A DNA stretch of 64,000 nt from an uncultured bacterium (GCA_963726455.1 CAVSCK010000003.1:704001-768000), one strand, 5' to 3'. Shown: positions 29,945 to 41,709, counted from the stretch's first letter. The notes: generated from the sequence alone by a model not told the origin. Numbers and translations are program-made.

Positions 29945-30387
29945 TGTACTTGCCTTTCTTCAACGATGAGGTTCGTTGAATAAACAAAACGACGTTTGCC
30001 GATTACCGACTGTCAATACCTTTCCCTCGAATCAAACATCGGGGACAGGAGACATTCTCTGTCAAATACAATAGCATTGATCTCTTAGCTGCTCCCGATC
30101 ACCCCCTTCGCGCCAGAGACAAATTCAAGCGCATCGTTAGCTGCTCGATTATTGGGATGACAATAACTTCTTAAGCGAGTTCGCGACCGAAGTCGAAAAC
30201 CAAGCATCACTCGTCCTATGTTAGTTTTGACCCGAATACCGGGGATGTTGCACTAAATTTGATCGAAATTAAGGGTATTGAAAATCATTGTCAAGACGAA
30301 AGCGTTATCACTGCATAAGAATCTTGACAAAATAAGTCATTGATGTTATATTTGTTATGCTCACGAAAGAAAGGCAGGAAACTTCAA

Positions 30388-32031
30388 ATGCAAGAGAGAC
30401 CCAAAATCTGGGTGGCGCTGGTATTAGCAGTCATGGCGCTGTGCCCGTACACGACCACTTATTCCCAGCAAAGTACGACCGGACCGATACCACCGGCGAA
30501 TATGGACCTTGGACTCAGGGCGCCAACCAAGTCGCAGCATCTAATCTACGGAGTGCCGATATACTTGTGGCAACACGGATGCGGACCAACGGCGCTGGGC
30601 ATGGTGATCGGATTTTGGGACGCCAACGGCTACGGCGATCTTGTGGTTGGCGACGCCTCGACTCAGACGGCCGAAGCAAACGCCATGATTGCAGACGATC
30701 ACGGATCCCCCAATTGTACTTCCGGACCACAGGACAACTATCGCGACTATGCTTGCCCGATTGACAACGCGCCGGGACCGTTGCTGACTGATCGTTCCCA
30801 GACGGGCGGCGCCCATACGAGCAACTGCGTCGCGGACTTCATGAAGACCTCGCAAAGTGCCTATTACAACTACTATGGCTGGAGCTGGTTCGAGGATATT
30901 CAGAATGCGTTTCTGGCTTACGTTGCCTACAAGATTCCAACGGCGAATCCCGCCGCTACCAGTTGGTCGTATTCCAGCTTTAGCTTCAATGACTACAAGA
31001 ATGAAATTGACCATCGTCGTCCGGTGGTGTTGCTCGTAGATAGTGACCAGGACGGAAACACTGATCACTTTGTACCGGGTATCGGTTATGACGATGCAAC
31101 ATTTTCCTATGCCGTGTACAACACCTGGGATATGAACATTCACTGGTATCCGTGGCGGCCCATGTCGCCCGGAGCGGCCTTCGGTATCTATGGTGTAACG
31201 ACTTTGGTGCTGGATGTCATTTGCACGGATTCCGACAGCGACGGTCTTGGCGATCCGGGACATCCCGAGAACACCTGCGCTACTGATAATTGCCCCTATG
31301 CCTACAATCCTGATCAGAAAGATGTGGACGGCGACGGACTGGGAGATGCTTGCGATCCCGATATTGACGGCGACGGCATTCTCAATGCTACCGACAACTG
31401 TCCGCACGTTATCAACCCCGGACAGGAGAACAGCGACACCGACAGCGTAGGCGACGCCTGCGACAACTGCCTGTTCGTTTATAATCCTGACCAGTTGGAT
31501 GAGAACAATGACGGTGTCGGCGACTGGTGCGACGGCTTGGTTCATATTCACAGTCAGGACATGCCGAATGCCTACTATGGAGTGCCGTATTACTATCGGT
31601 TCCATGTTGCCGGCGGCACCGCACCACTTAACTGGACGTATATCGGTGGGGATCTTCCCTATGGTCTTAACTTCGTTGGCGATACTACCGGCGTCCTCAG
31701 CGGCTCGCCAACCTACCGGGCTACCTTCTATTTCACGGTGGCCGTTGCCGACAATGAACCGATTCCTCGTTGCGATACGGTCGACATTACCATGAAGATT
31801 ACCGACCCGCCACCACCGCCGTACATTTGTGGTGACGCCAACGGGGATAAGGCGATTGACATATCTGACGTTGTCTTCTTGATCCAGTATATTTTCGCCG
31901 GCGGTCCCGCGCCGTCACCATTGGCAGCAGGCGACGCCAACTGCGATTTGTTCGTCGACATCTCCGATGCCGTCTACCTGATCGCCTACATCTTCGCGAG
32001 CGGCCCGAATCCCTGCGCCGCTTGCCCTTAG
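30388..32031 (+). CDS. Secreted C39-like peptidase with thrombospondin type-3 repeats, Ig-like domain and dockerin-like C-terminus
   Basis: [29 protein letters not shown]; DNCP..NPDQ.D.D.DG.GDACD repeats; [22 protein letters not shown]. Confidence 0.8.
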   Translation: MQERPKIWVALVLAVMALCPYTTTYSQQSTTGPIPPANMDLGLRAPTKSQHLIYGVPIYLWQHGCGPTALGMVIGFWDANGYGDLVVGDASTQTAEANAMIADDHGSPNCTSGPQDNYRDYACPIDNAPGPLLTDRSQTGGAHTSNCVADFMKTSQSAYYNYYGWSWFEDIQNAFLAYVAYKIPTANPAATSWSYSSFSFNDYKNEIDHRRPVVLLVDSDQDGNTDHFVPGIGYDDATFSYAVYNTWDMNIHWYPWRPMSPGAAFGIYGVTTLVLDVICTDSDSDGLGDPGHPENTCATDNCPYAYNPDQKDVDGDGLGDACDPDIDGDGILNATDNCPHVINPGQENSDTDSVGDACDNCLFVYNPDQLDENNDGVGDWCDGLVHIHSQDMPNAYYGVPYYYRFHVAGGTAPLNWTYIGGDLPYGLNFVGDTTGVLSGSPTYRATFYFTVAVADNEPIPRCDTVDITMKITDPPPPPYICGDANGDKAIDISDVVFLIQYIFAGGPAPSPLAAGDANCDLFVDISDAVYLIAYIFASGPNPCAACP

Positions 32032-32169
32032 ACATTTCGAGGGAACCCGGCAGACACAACCTATTAGATTGCAGCAGGATACGCTAGGGCTGAATCTCTC
32101 TAGGAATCTGCGCCGCCTCGAAAAATCCGCTTGACCATTGCAACCCCATCCATATCTTTGCGTACAATG

Positions 32170-32196
32170 TTAGCACTCGACTGAGAGGAGTGCTAA
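32170..32196 (+). promoter_or_regulatory. CIRCE element (HrcA operator)
   Basis: Perfect TTAGCACTC-N9-GAGTGCTAA upstream of groES. Confidence 0.97.
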
Positions 32197-32264
32197 CAGA
32201 AGTTAAAAGGCAGAATAGCTACATACATGCAATCAGTAACTAATAAACACAAGGAGCGTTGTTA

Positions 32265-32555
32265 ATGAACATCCAACCGTTGCAAGACCGCGTTCTGGTC
32301 AAGCCGCTTGAAACCGGTGAGATGAAGAAAGGCGGAATCATTATCCCCGATACCGCCAAGGAAAAACCGCAGGAAGCAGAAGTGATCGCCATCGGTCCGG
32401 GACGCGTCTCGGATGACGGCAAGCTGATCCCCGTCAACGTCAAAGTCGGCGACAAGATTCTGTTCGGCAAATACTCCGGCACCGAAGTTACGGTGGACGG
32501 AATCGAATACCTGTTTATGCGCGAGTCCGATATTCTCGCGGTGCTCAAGAAGTAA
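32265..32555 (+). CDS. groES: Co-chaperonin GroES
   Basis: [31 protein letters not shown]. Confidence 0.98.
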   Translation: MNIQPLQDRVLVKPLETGEMKKGGIIIPDTAKEKPQEAEVIAIGPGRVSDDGKLIPVNVKVGDKILFGKYSGTEVTVDGIEYLFMRESDILAVLKK

Positions 32556-32565
32556 GGAGAGGTGA

Positions 32566-34205
<1,640 letters not shown>

Positions 34206-34225
34206 ACCAAATTGGTTTGACAATC

Positions 34226-34256
34226 AGACGGCGGGTCGCAAGACCCGCCGTTTTTT
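34226..34256 (+). terminator. groESL terminator
   Basis: ACGGCGGGTC-GCAA-GACCCGCCGT followed by a T-tract. Confidence 0.85.
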
Positions 34257-34330
34257 GCTTCCTGTAGAATGATCTCTGAGGCCCTGAATAAGAGTCGGGC
34301 TTCAGTTATTTCGCGGCCAATTGAGGTTAC

Positions 34331-34834
34331 CTACTCACGCGCCTTTGGATACGCAGTAATAAAAAGTGGGAGAATGACGTTTCGAATCCCCATTCTTGTC
34401 ATGGTAGATTGAATAAACTCTCTAAAGTAAGGGTTCACAATTAAGGGAAAACTCGTGCCCTTATAGATTTTGATGAACTCCTCATTTACGGTAATCTCGG
34501 AAGTATAGGTTACTGAGAATGTGGCACTCATGTCCGAGATCACCCGCGTCTCATACTTAATAGAGACACCCATTTCTGCCCGAATCTCGAAAACCTTCGC
34601 ATCATTGCCCAAATTGCTTTCCACAACCACATCGTCGATTGAAACGTTTAAGGGGCTCTTACCAGATACCGGAGCTAGAACCGTGGGTTTGCGAATGCCT
34701 CTGAACTTTACCAATGCCACTTCAACAGGTCGAATACCGGAGAGCATACTCGAATATGCTTCAGGGGTCATTGAGAATTTTGAGCGGTTCTCCGTAGGAT
34801 TGTTAGCTGACTTCTCTATTTTGGATCTTGCCAT
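34331..34834 (-). CDS. SecB-like chaperone of a toxin-antitoxin-chaperone module
   Basis: C-terminal PYFREFIQSTMTRMG..VILP matches the SecB-family signature helix; third gene of the hicAB-like operon. Confidence 0.75.
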   Translation of the reverse strand: MARSKIEKSANNPTENRSKFSMTPEAYSSMLSGIRPVEVALVKFRGIRKPTVLAPVSGKSPLNVSIDDVVVESNLGNDAKVFEIRAEMGVSIKYETRVISDMSATFSVTYTSEITVNEEFIKIYKGTSFPLIVNPYFREFIQSTMTRMGIRNVILPLFITAYPKARE

Positions 34835-34842
34835 AGCAGACC

Positions 34843-35340
34843 TCAGGCCGCTTCAGGATATGGATGTTTTGGATTACCGCCACACTTTGCGCCCGGTACA
34901 GGCGGTTTTGCTTGGTCACCGTAGTGAAGACCTGTGGTTGTCGGGGAGGTTTCAATTGCGATTGGCAATGCCACGGCATTCCACAGCGCAGCAACCACAA
35001 ATGAGTTGAGGCTCTGATTTTCCAGTTTGGCTCTCTGAGAGAGCTTTTTGTGAAGCTCCGGTCCTGTTCGAACTACGAATTTTCCACTGTAGTCGTAATC
35101 TTCTTCTTCTGGCAACGGGATTGTGACACCGTTCTCATAGTAATATGTTAGGAGTTCGTCTTTGACCTCCGCCAGCATTTCGAGCGCCTGATCGACGGTC
35201 TCTCCTGTGCCATAACAGGACAGCTTCCCAAGTTCAGCTATGAAAGCCGTGTACCTGTCTTCATCGTCATCATGGTGCTTCTCGAGCACGACTTTATACT
35301 CGAGAGCCTTGTATTGCTCCAATGTGAGTTTGTCTTTCAC
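34843..35340 (-). CDS. hicB: HicB-family antitoxin with C-terminal extension
   Basis: YTAFIAEL..CYGTGETVDQAL, IPLP, YSGKFVVRTGPELHKKL..SLNSFV (ribbon-helix-helix), then ~45-aa tail ending EAA. Confidence 0.88.
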   Translation of the reverse strand: MKDKLTLEQYKALEYKVVLEKHHDDDEDRYTAFIAELGKLSCYGTGETVDQALEMLAEVKDELLTYYYENGVTIPLPEEEDYDYSGKFVVRTGPELHKKLSQRAKLENQSLNSFVVAALWNAVALPIAIETSPTTTGLHYGDQAKPPVPGAKCGGNPKHPYPEAA

Positions 35341-35678
35341 ACTTCCTCCGTTATCGTCTGAATAATCAGTCGGACTGGCCGATCCAAATACCTTCTAATG
35401 TTTTGGACACGAACCATCCTATTATGCTTGCTCTTCCCTCCTATTAATGCCACCTGAAATATCCCCAGAGGCCCGTGGCATCCGTGATTGACCAATGCAT
35501 CATGCCTGTACGAAAGATGCGATCCGCCTTTAGCGGGCAATTGCAGGCATCCAAGTCTCTCTCTCAGATATTTATCAAGATCCCCGAAATTCTTCTCAGG
35601 TGGCTTGCTAGTAAGAAATACTTCCCATTCCTCCGTTAGGGCTTCTCGCTCATTGACATTATCGTCACAGAAAAGCAC
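35337..35678 (-). CDS. Divergent HicA-like toxin
   Basis: KGGSHLSYRH motif; stop overlaps the hicB start; start codon uncertain. Confidence 0.65.
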   Translation of the reverse strand: MLFCDDNVNEREALTEEWEVFLTSKPPEKNFGDLDKYLRERLGCLQLPAKGGSHLSYRHDALVNHGCHGPLGIFQVALIGGKSKHNRMVRVQNIRRYLDRPVRLIIQTITEEV

Positions 35679-35688
35679 TTGAATTAGT

Positions 35689-35726
35689 GTAGTACTAAAT
35701 ATAGTACTACTTCCTTTCTACGTCAA
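35689..35726 (-). promoter_or_regulatory. Promoter and palindromic operator of the hicAB-secB operon
   Basis: TTGACG-N17-TATATT on the minus strand; perfect inverted repeat GTAGTACTA-N4-TAGTACTAC (35689-35710) overlaps the -10. Confidence 0.75.
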
Positions 35727-36242
35727 TAATATTGTTATTTCTGGTAAAAACATATGATTTCCCGCCGCATTCGAGTGTTCTTGAGCTCCAACGCTTCAGT
35801 TAAACTCTAGTTTAAGGTCAAGAATTATGTTCGACAAGTCAAGACTTTATTGGTTGGTTTCTTGTCTTTACGGATATGTTCTTGATTTCAAATAACTTAC
35901 GAGCACCTCCTTTTCTGTTCGTTCGAAGCTTCAACACTCTGATTCCACTTCTCCCGACCGTTTGGTCGCCGAATAGGACGTTCAGCCCCCCATATATACA
36001 GCCAGTCAGTACTCTTCCTCCTTGTCGTAAACCAGAATTTCCGCCAGTCGTCTACCTAAGTGCATACCGCCTAGCGAATTAGCTGGCCCATACTTTGGCC
36101 GATAGAGTCAATTGTAGAATATAACGGTCTTTGCAATACGCCGCTGCTGGGTTCCAACCAGCCGGTAGCCCAGCTATCCCCTTGATCCCATTGGTTTGCA
36201 TCCTACCCAAAGCCTTGCGGCAGGTGGGTTTTTCATTCTCTG

Positions 36243-36294
36243 GGTACAGACTCACCAGATGGGTTACAGATTAGGCTCATCACATAGGTAACAG
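36243..36294. mobile_element. IS481-like terminal sequence remnant (longest copy)
   Basis: Reverse complement TGTTACCTATGTGATGAGCCTAATCTGTAACCCATCTGGTGAGTCTGTACC has the tandem TGT(T/A)ACC-ATxT boxes typical of IS481-type ends; no transposase adjacent. Confidence 0.5.
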
Positions 36295-36389
36295 TTATAC
36301 TGCGTCGCGAATAAGGAGGTGACGCAGTGTGCCGAAGAGGTTTTGATGTCCAAGCTATCAACAAGCCAATCTTGCAGATACAGCGACAA

Positions 36390-37511
36390 CTACTTGATAT
36401 GGTAGCGGACTAAACGGGATACAGTGCAGGACGCATCATAATTCCAAAGGGCGTGAGAATACCTCTCGATAATGCCCACGCCTTTCGCGAAAATCAAACA
36501 ATCACCAAAGGAAGGGGAGAGCCCATGCAGTGTGCATCTTTCATACGTTGGGTAGAATCTACCGGCTGGAACAGAGTCGACACGGTCCGGCCATACGAGA
36601 GGCACAACGATTCCATCCCCATAGAAGATGCTGTCATTGCGAGCGCCGACATAACTTCCGTCGGACAGTAACCATCGAATGATACCGCCACTCTGGCTGC
36701 CAGACCGTACGTAAATGCTGTCTATTCGCACTTGGGTTGAGTCCCACAAGTACCACCACGTGGGAATGCCAGTGATGTTGGTGTCGTAGTGGCAGGTTTC
36801 ATAGACCCAGTAGTTGCCAACGGCCAGCGGCCAGTTTTCGCTCGGTCTGTAGGGCACGACAGTAATCCTGACCGATTCCGTGTCAGCCAGTTCACCATCG
36901 GAAGCCACAAACACAGGTTCGAAAACACCAAGTTGGGTTGAATCAGGAGTGAAGCTGAAGACACCGGTGCCATTGTTATCGGGGACGAAACTTGCATTCA
37001 CCGGCAGATCATAGGCTGCGACGCTGGGGAAGATGTAGTCGCTGTCATCAGCCATGATCATAAAGCTCAGTGCGATCGTGGTAACGCATGGTTGTGGCGC
37101 TATGGGGAGAAGAACGGGGCGATGTTCGTTTGCCTGAGTTACAGATATGATAGAGACGATCTCGCTGTCAGCGAGTTCACCGTCGGAGGCGTAGAATAAG
37201 ACAGAGTACGTCCCAACCTGACCAGTATCTGGAACGAACATAAAGCGGCCCTTGTTATCGCCCGCGGATGTGAAACTGGAGTGGTCGGGAAGGTTTTGGG
37301 CGGAGAGGGAAGGGATTGTACCGTCTTGATCGTTGGCAGTAACATCGAATCTTAGAGTGTCGCCGGCTCGGACGGCTTGGGGGCCAATCTCTTCCAAGAT
37401 TGGGGCGTGGTTCGACTTCGTCGGTCTTGACGGATTATCCGCGCATTGACACAGCAGAGCCAAGCCCGCCAGAACCAGCGTTAGTCTTAAGAAATGACGC
37501 ATGAATCGCAC
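36390..37511 (-). CDS. Lipoprotein with two Ig/cadherin-like repeats
   Basis: Lipoprotein-like signal (LLCQC); duplicated A.NLP..SSF..G.F.F.PD..Q.G....ASDGELADSE. Confidence 0.75.
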   Translation of the reverse strand: MRFMRHFLRLTLVLAGLALLCQCADNPSRPTKSNHAPILEEIGPQAVRAGDTLRFDVTANDQDGTIPSLSAQNLPDHSSFTSAGDNKGRFMFVPDTGQVGTYSVLFYASDGELADSEIVSIISVTQANEHRPVLLPIAPQPCVTTIALSFMIMADDSDYIFPSVAAYDLPVNASFVPDNNGTGVFSFTPDSTQLGVFEPVFVASDGELADTESVRITVVPYRPSENWPLAVGNYWVYETCHYDTNITGIPTWWYLWDSTQVRIDSIYVRSGSQSGGIIRWLLSDGSYVGARNDSIFYGDGIVVPLVWPDRVDSVPAGRFYPTYERCTLHGLSPSFGDCLIFAKGVGIIERYSHALWNYDASCTVSRLVRYHIK

Positions 37512-37563
37512 CCTCCATACATAATATAGCCAGACTCCGCGATTTTGTCAAGCAGGTTCGTCA

Positions 37564-37635
37564 AGCCGGTAGCCCCGCAATCTTCGTGATCGTCTCGAGG
37601 TACAGCCGGTAGCCCCGCAATCTTCGTGATCGTCT
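37564..37635. repeat. Tandem pair of 32-bp REP-like units
   Basis: AGCCGGTAGCCCCGCAATCTTCGTGATCGTCT at 37564 and 37604. Confidence 0.9.
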
Positions 37636-37895
37636 TGATTCGTAATTTGTAGCCCACCCAAAGGCTTCCGACGGGTGGGTTTTTCTTTGATCGATGAATG
37701 GTCGGCGCAGGCAAGAAAGTTCCGTAGGTCGAAACCCCGTACGGTAGCACGTCCGCACCTACGACCGCTTCTCCGTGGGTTTCGACACTTCCCTTCTTGT
37801 TTTCTGCTTGACATCGACTCGCCGATTATCCCATATTAGACATAAATGTCAGCGCTTACAGCGCAAAACGCCTCTACGAAAGGCAGGTTGAAATC

Positions 37896-38279
37896 GTGAA
37901 GAGAGCTATCGCCGCCCTCATTGTGTCGTGTTTTCTGTTCATTAATTGCGCCGCAATTTTCAAAGGCACGTCCAGCAAGCTGGATCTTTCCTCTGAACCA
38001 GACGGCGCGAGTGTATACGTGAATGGAAACTCGTGGGGCAAGACGCCAATCAAGTTGAAGCTTGAATCCAAGAAGACCTATGTGCTCGAGTTCAAGAAAG
38101 AGGGTTACGAAACGAAGACCTTCAACATCACTAACAGCGTTGGCGCCGGTTGGATTATTCTCGATATTCTCGGTGGCCTATTCCCAATCGTGATAGACGC
38201 TGCCACAGGAGCTTGGTACGATCTTGACATGGACAATATCAATGCAATCCTTGAGCAGCAAGCACAGACTCAACAGTAG
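37896..38279 (+). CDS. PEGA-domain lipoprotein
   Basis: NCAAIFKG, SSEPDGASVYVNG..GKTP, FKKEGY, IDAATGAWY. Confidence 0.85.
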   Translation: MKRAIAALIVSCFLFINCAAIFKGTSSKLDLSSEPDGASVYVNGNSWGKTPIKLKLESKKTYVLEFKKEGYETKTFNITNSVGAGWIILDILGGLFPIVIDAATGAWYDLDMDNINAILEQQAQTQQ

Positions 38280-38363
38280 CTTGGGTTCCGTCAGGTCTTG
38301 CGCCGCGACGATCTCTGCGTCCCTGTGTACCATTTGTTTCCGCGGCGTGTGACCTGACGGCCG

Positions 38364-38427
38364 AGCCGGTAGCCCCGCGATCTTCGTGATCGTCTGGTAC
38401 AGACTCATCAGAAGGGTTACAGATTGG
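38364..38427. repeat. REP-like unit fused to IS481-like end
   Basis: AGCCGGTAGCCCCGCGATCTTCGTGATCGTCT-GGTACAGACTCATCAGAAGGGTTACAGATTGG. Confidence 0.85.
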
Positions 38428-38447
38428 CTGCAAATGAGATGAAAACG

Positions 38448-38897
38448 ATGAAAACAACAAATCACATAATGGCCCTCGCGCTCTTGCTCATCGTTGGTTG
38501 TAGCGAGCGACCCATCGGCCGAGCAGAACTCATCGGAACGTGGACGATGAGAGCTTCCTGTACAGAATTCTTGCCGGAAACGTTTCACGCCAAGCCTCCG
38601 CATCTGACTCTTAAAGGTGATGGCACCTTCTTGGCTGAAGACTTACCTGCTTCAATATTTGGTGCATCGTTTGAGCTCGAGAATTCGCATGTTGGTGGCG
38701 CAGGCAAGTGGCTTATGCGAGAAGTTGACGGATTCCAGAGACTTGAATTGGAGTTTCGCTCATCAGACTCTCCGCTGCTGAAGAGAATGCCATTCCTGGT
38801 TCGCCTGTGGTCGGAGCGGGAGAGCGGCAAAGCTGTAATCTACTTCTATCATGGCGATATCGATGGTAGCCCTCGGATCTATCTTGACCGAGGATAG
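38448..38897 (+). CDS. Hypothetical lipoprotein (beta-barrel/lipocalin-like)
   Basis: Lipobox IVGC, ELIGTW, LTLKGDGTF, GKW; start could also be 38439. Confidence 0.65.
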   Translation: MKTTNHIMALALLLIVGCSERPIGRAELIGTWTMRASCTEFLPETFHAKPPHLTLKGDGTFLAEDLPASIFGASFELENSHVGGAGKWLMREVDGFQRLELEFRSSDSPLLKRMPFLVRLWSERESGKAVIYFYHGDIDGSPRIYLDRG

Positions 38898-38980
38898 TCG
38901 AAGAGGTCAAGAGCGCTCATGCGAATGTGACAGGTTCAGTGACACGCCTCAGCCAGGTTTCTGTATTTTTGGGTTCCGTC

Positions 38981-39043
38981 AGCCGGTAGCACCGCCCTCT
39001 TCGTGATCTTCGGTACAGACTCATCAGATGGGTTACAGATTGG
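38981..39043. repeat. Diverged REP-like unit fused to IS481-like end
   Basis: AGCCGGTAGCACCGCCCTCTTCGTGATCTTC-GGTACAGACTCATCAGATGGGTTACAGATTGG. Confidence 0.85.
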
Positions 39044-39088
39044 ATTGGGTTTGGCGCTTCGCTGCGAACCCTGACCTACCCGACTAGG

Positions 39089-39587
39089 TCAATGTCCCGC
39101 TTTTTGGTCAATCGAAATTACGAATTCGCATCGCTTGTCCCCTTGAATGATCGAACCGACAAGACTCACTGCAACGGGAAATCCGAGCACCTGCTCGAAC
39201 AACTGTTTCAGCCAGCCGCAACTGCAGTGGCAGAAGGTGTTACTGAATGGTTCTCGGGTTTGGCTGACGCTGCCGCAGTAGCACTTGTCGTAAACTGCAA
39301 TAATTTGCTTGCCCTGTCGTGACAAGTGACCGCCGCCAATATCCGTTCTCATTCATTTTTGACAGCCAGTCATCGATGGTTGCTGATTCTCGATAGAGAC
39401 GTGCGGCCTTCTCAATGACCGATTGCCCCAGACAATTGCAGTCCTGCATGATGCGAAGACAGTCCTCACGCGAGCACTGTTGTTCGATCAACTCGATGGC
39501 TTCGCGGATAAGCGCCGCCTTTAGGTGTGGCTTTCTCTCCTGTTCGATTTCTGCTGCGATTCTGCTGCAGTTTGCGAACTGACTCAT
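39089..39587 (-). CDS. DUF6144/V4R-like Cys-rich protein; one apparent +1 insertion near 39342
   Basis: ORFs 39240-39596 and 39089-39352 join (NENG-IGGG); YDKCYC, FCHCSCGW, SIIQGDKRCEF. Confidence 0.7.
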
Positions 39588-39738
39588 TCCCCTCAAGATA
39601 CGGGGATGCCGCTTGTCGAAATTTGTCGATGCTGAAAGGCATACATCTCTAAGTTAGCCGGCCTCAAAGGAATAGTCAATATTACCCGTTCCGTCAGGTC
39701 AGGAGGTCAGGTGAACCGGCTGCAAACCCCAACAACAG

Positions 39739-39951
39739 GAAGTGTATAACAATTTAACACTTCGGGAAATCTTGCTAACTCGTTGATTTCTATCACATTG
39801 GTGGCATACTCAAGAGTGGTTCGACAGGTCGATGTAGCAATAACCGACATTCGTGGCTAATTCACACTGAGTAAGCGGTTTTTTTCTGGCGGATAACCCA
39901 TTCATAATGAATTGGTTGGGACTACTCAAGCTGCTTGGCACGCAGATTGAT
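39739..39951 (+). promoter_or_regulatory. Enhancer sites, IHF site and sigma54-like promoter of PEP-CTERM gene
   Basis: GAAGTGT-N11-ACACTTC (39739-39763); ATGT-N11-ACAT (39832-39850); IHF consensus match at 39776-39788; TGGCAC-N5-TTGA (39936-39950). Confidence 0.65.
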
Positions 39952-40025
39952 ACGATAGAGATGGATTGATGTAGTCCTTAACTATTTAGGCAGAAAAGAT
40001 TAACTCAATTTTCATCGGAGGAATA

Positions 40026-40670
40026 ATGACAAAACTCTTCAAGGCGATGCTCGCTGTGGGAATGGTTCTGGCGCTTGCCGGCCCCAGCTTTGCATGGAAT
40101 CTTAACTTCGAGTGGGGCTTGGGCCAAGACGGTCAGAACGTTGCTGCCGGAGTTCCGGGCCTGCAGTTCACCACTACGGACGGTCTCGATTGGAAGTATG
40201 GCGACGCGACCACCAACAACTACAACGTAAGAAATCAGCTTGGTCAGACGTGGGGCGGTGCCTGGTTTTACATGGAAGATTATGTATTTACCTGGTTAGG
40301 CACAACTCAGGGTTCCGGCAGAATCGATTTCCTCAATCAGGACGGAACGTTCTTCAGAACCGGATATTGTTCCGCCAGCAATTTCTATTTGGAAGCCTAC
40401 GATGCCGGCGGCAATCTGCTTGATTCGCAATTTGGTCTGTCCAACTACACGCTGAACGATCAGACTCCAGGTATCGGTCTTGATTACCTGCAGGTAAGCG
40501 GCACCAACATTGCCTACGTGCTGATGCATGACACAGGTAACCAATGGCTTGCCGACAATATGTCGGGCGATGCCACTGGCGTAAATGTTCCGGGCGTCCC
40601 TGAACCGGGTACTTTGGTGCTCCTTGGTCTGGGTCTGGTTGCGATGGGGATCTTTGTCAGACGTTTCTAG
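40026..40670 (+). CDS. PEP-CTERM sorting-domain protein
   Basis: Signal peptide; C-terminal VPEPGTLVLLGLGLVAMGIFVRRF. Confidence 0.93.
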   Translation: MTKLFKAMLAVGMVLALAGPSFAWNLNFEWGLGQDGQNVAAGVPGLQFTTTDGLDWKYGDATTNNYNVRNQLGQTWGGAWFYMEDYVFTWLGTTQGSGRIDFLNQDGTFFRTGYCSASNFYLEAYDAGGNLLDSQFGLSNYTLNDQTPGIGLDYLQVSGTNIAYVLMHDTGNQWLADNMSGDATGVNVPGVPEPGTLVLLGLGLVAMGIFVRRF

Positions 40671-40702
40671 TAGTTACATCTAGTCTCTAGATTCAAAATT
40701 CT

Positions 40703-40730
40703 AAGGCAGCCGATTGGCTGCCTTTTTTTT
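40703..40730 (+). terminator. Intrinsic terminator
   Basis: AAGGCAGCC-GATT-GGCTGCCTT followed by a T-tract. Confidence 0.85.
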
Positions 40731-40976
40731 GGTCCGTTCCGGCGGCTCTTTCACTCTGCGACACAGTATTCTCTCAACTCAGCCAACCAGTTCTTTGTGA
40801 TTGTAGATCGAAACCCCGTTCGATGCGCTTCTGCATCCTCGACAAGGTCACAATGGATTTCGAGATTTCCCTTAATGCTCTCTGCCACAGGGCATCTCGG
40901 CTTGCATATCCACTGAACCTCCTGCATGGCGCGCTCGAGCACTGCAGACATTTGTACTGCAACAGCATCGCAACAA

Positions 40977-41004
40977 AAAGAGCCCCGGTATAACCAGGGC
41001 TCTT
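40977..41004 (-). terminator. Intrinsic terminator of the second PEP-CTERM gene
   Basis: AAGAGCCC...GGGCTCTT stem with a T-tract on the minus strand. Confidence 0.7.
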
Positions 41005-41034
41005 CCACTCAGTAAGATAAATCGAAGTCTGTGA

Positions 41035-41709
41035 TTAGTTGCGGAATCTGATCACGAGCTCACCTGCCAACAAGCCCAAGCATATCAGAGTTAATGATGC
41101 CGGTTCAGGCACCACATTGCCATCCGGGCCGCTGAGTTCAAAAGCCAAATCACCACCATTTACATTCGCCCAATAGCTGGGATCCTGTTGCATAGACTGG
41201 TGCTGCCAGTCGGGGCTACCACTAACGCCGGATGACTGCGCCCAGAACCAATTCTCACCGTAATTGTGCGCCAAAATACTGAACCAGTATTTGCCTGCAC
41301 CCAAGGTAAAGGGAGTATCAAGGTTCAACGAGTACTGGTAAATATCGCCAATGCTAGCATTCGTTTCGAAGTATGTCTCGCCGGCATTCCCGGACAGAAA
41401 CTGGTCGTAGACTTTGGTCATCGGTTTACCAGTAGATTCATCGTTCGACCAAATCTCGAAGGTGAAACCCGTGAGGTTGTTCGTGGCCCCACCGTAGCTG
41501 CCCCACCAGTGGAAGTCGGTGATACTGCCGCTGCCGCCCCAATCATAGTCGGCGAACGACTGATGGTACGGTCCGAAGCTATTGTACCAGAAAGAGGATA
41601 AGGCGTTGGTGCTGGAAGAACTGTAAGGGTTGGAGAAAATGACGGTCGCATTGGCAGCGCCGGATGCGAGCAGAATGACTAGGAATGCGAAAGTTATGAT
41701 TGTCTTCAA
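41035..41709 (-). CDS. PEP-CTERM sorting-domain protein
   Basis: Signal peptide; C-terminal VPEPASLTLICLGLLAGELVIRFRN. Confidence 0.9.
   Translation of the reverse strand: MKTIITFAFLVILLASGAANATVIFSNPYSSSSTNALSSFWYNSFGPYHQSFADYDWGGSGSITDFHWWGSYGGATNNLTGFTFEIWSNDESTGKPMTKVYDQFLSGNAGETYFETNASIGDIYQYSLNLDTPFTLGAGKYWFSILAHNYGENWFWAQSSGVSGSPDWQHQSMQQDPSYWANVNGGDLAFELSGPDGNVVPEPASLTLICLGLLAGELVIRFRN

Noticed and set aside
29945-30340. Riboswitch upstream of the S8 protease
   Set aside because: An 8-bp hairpin (29959-29980) and a repeated TTAGCTGCTC are present, but I could not match c-di-GMP, TPP or other riboswitch cores.
35876-36082. 68-aa ORF upstream of the TAC module
   Set aside because: No RBS, motif or typical codon usage; probably non-coding.
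37564-37635. 32-bp direct repeats as a CRISPR array
   Set aside because: Only two adjacent copies 8 nt apart; other copies are hundreds of bases away around whole genes; no cas genes in the window.
38267-38427. Integron attC site after the PEGA gene
   Set aside because: An RYYYAAC (ACTCAAC) and a long hairpin exist, but there is no complementary GTTRRRY end, no integrase, and neighbouring genes are in mixed orientation.
40751-41008. Short ORFs between the two PEP-CTERM genes
   Set aside because: They lie between or overlap two terminators, with no RBS or recognisable motif.
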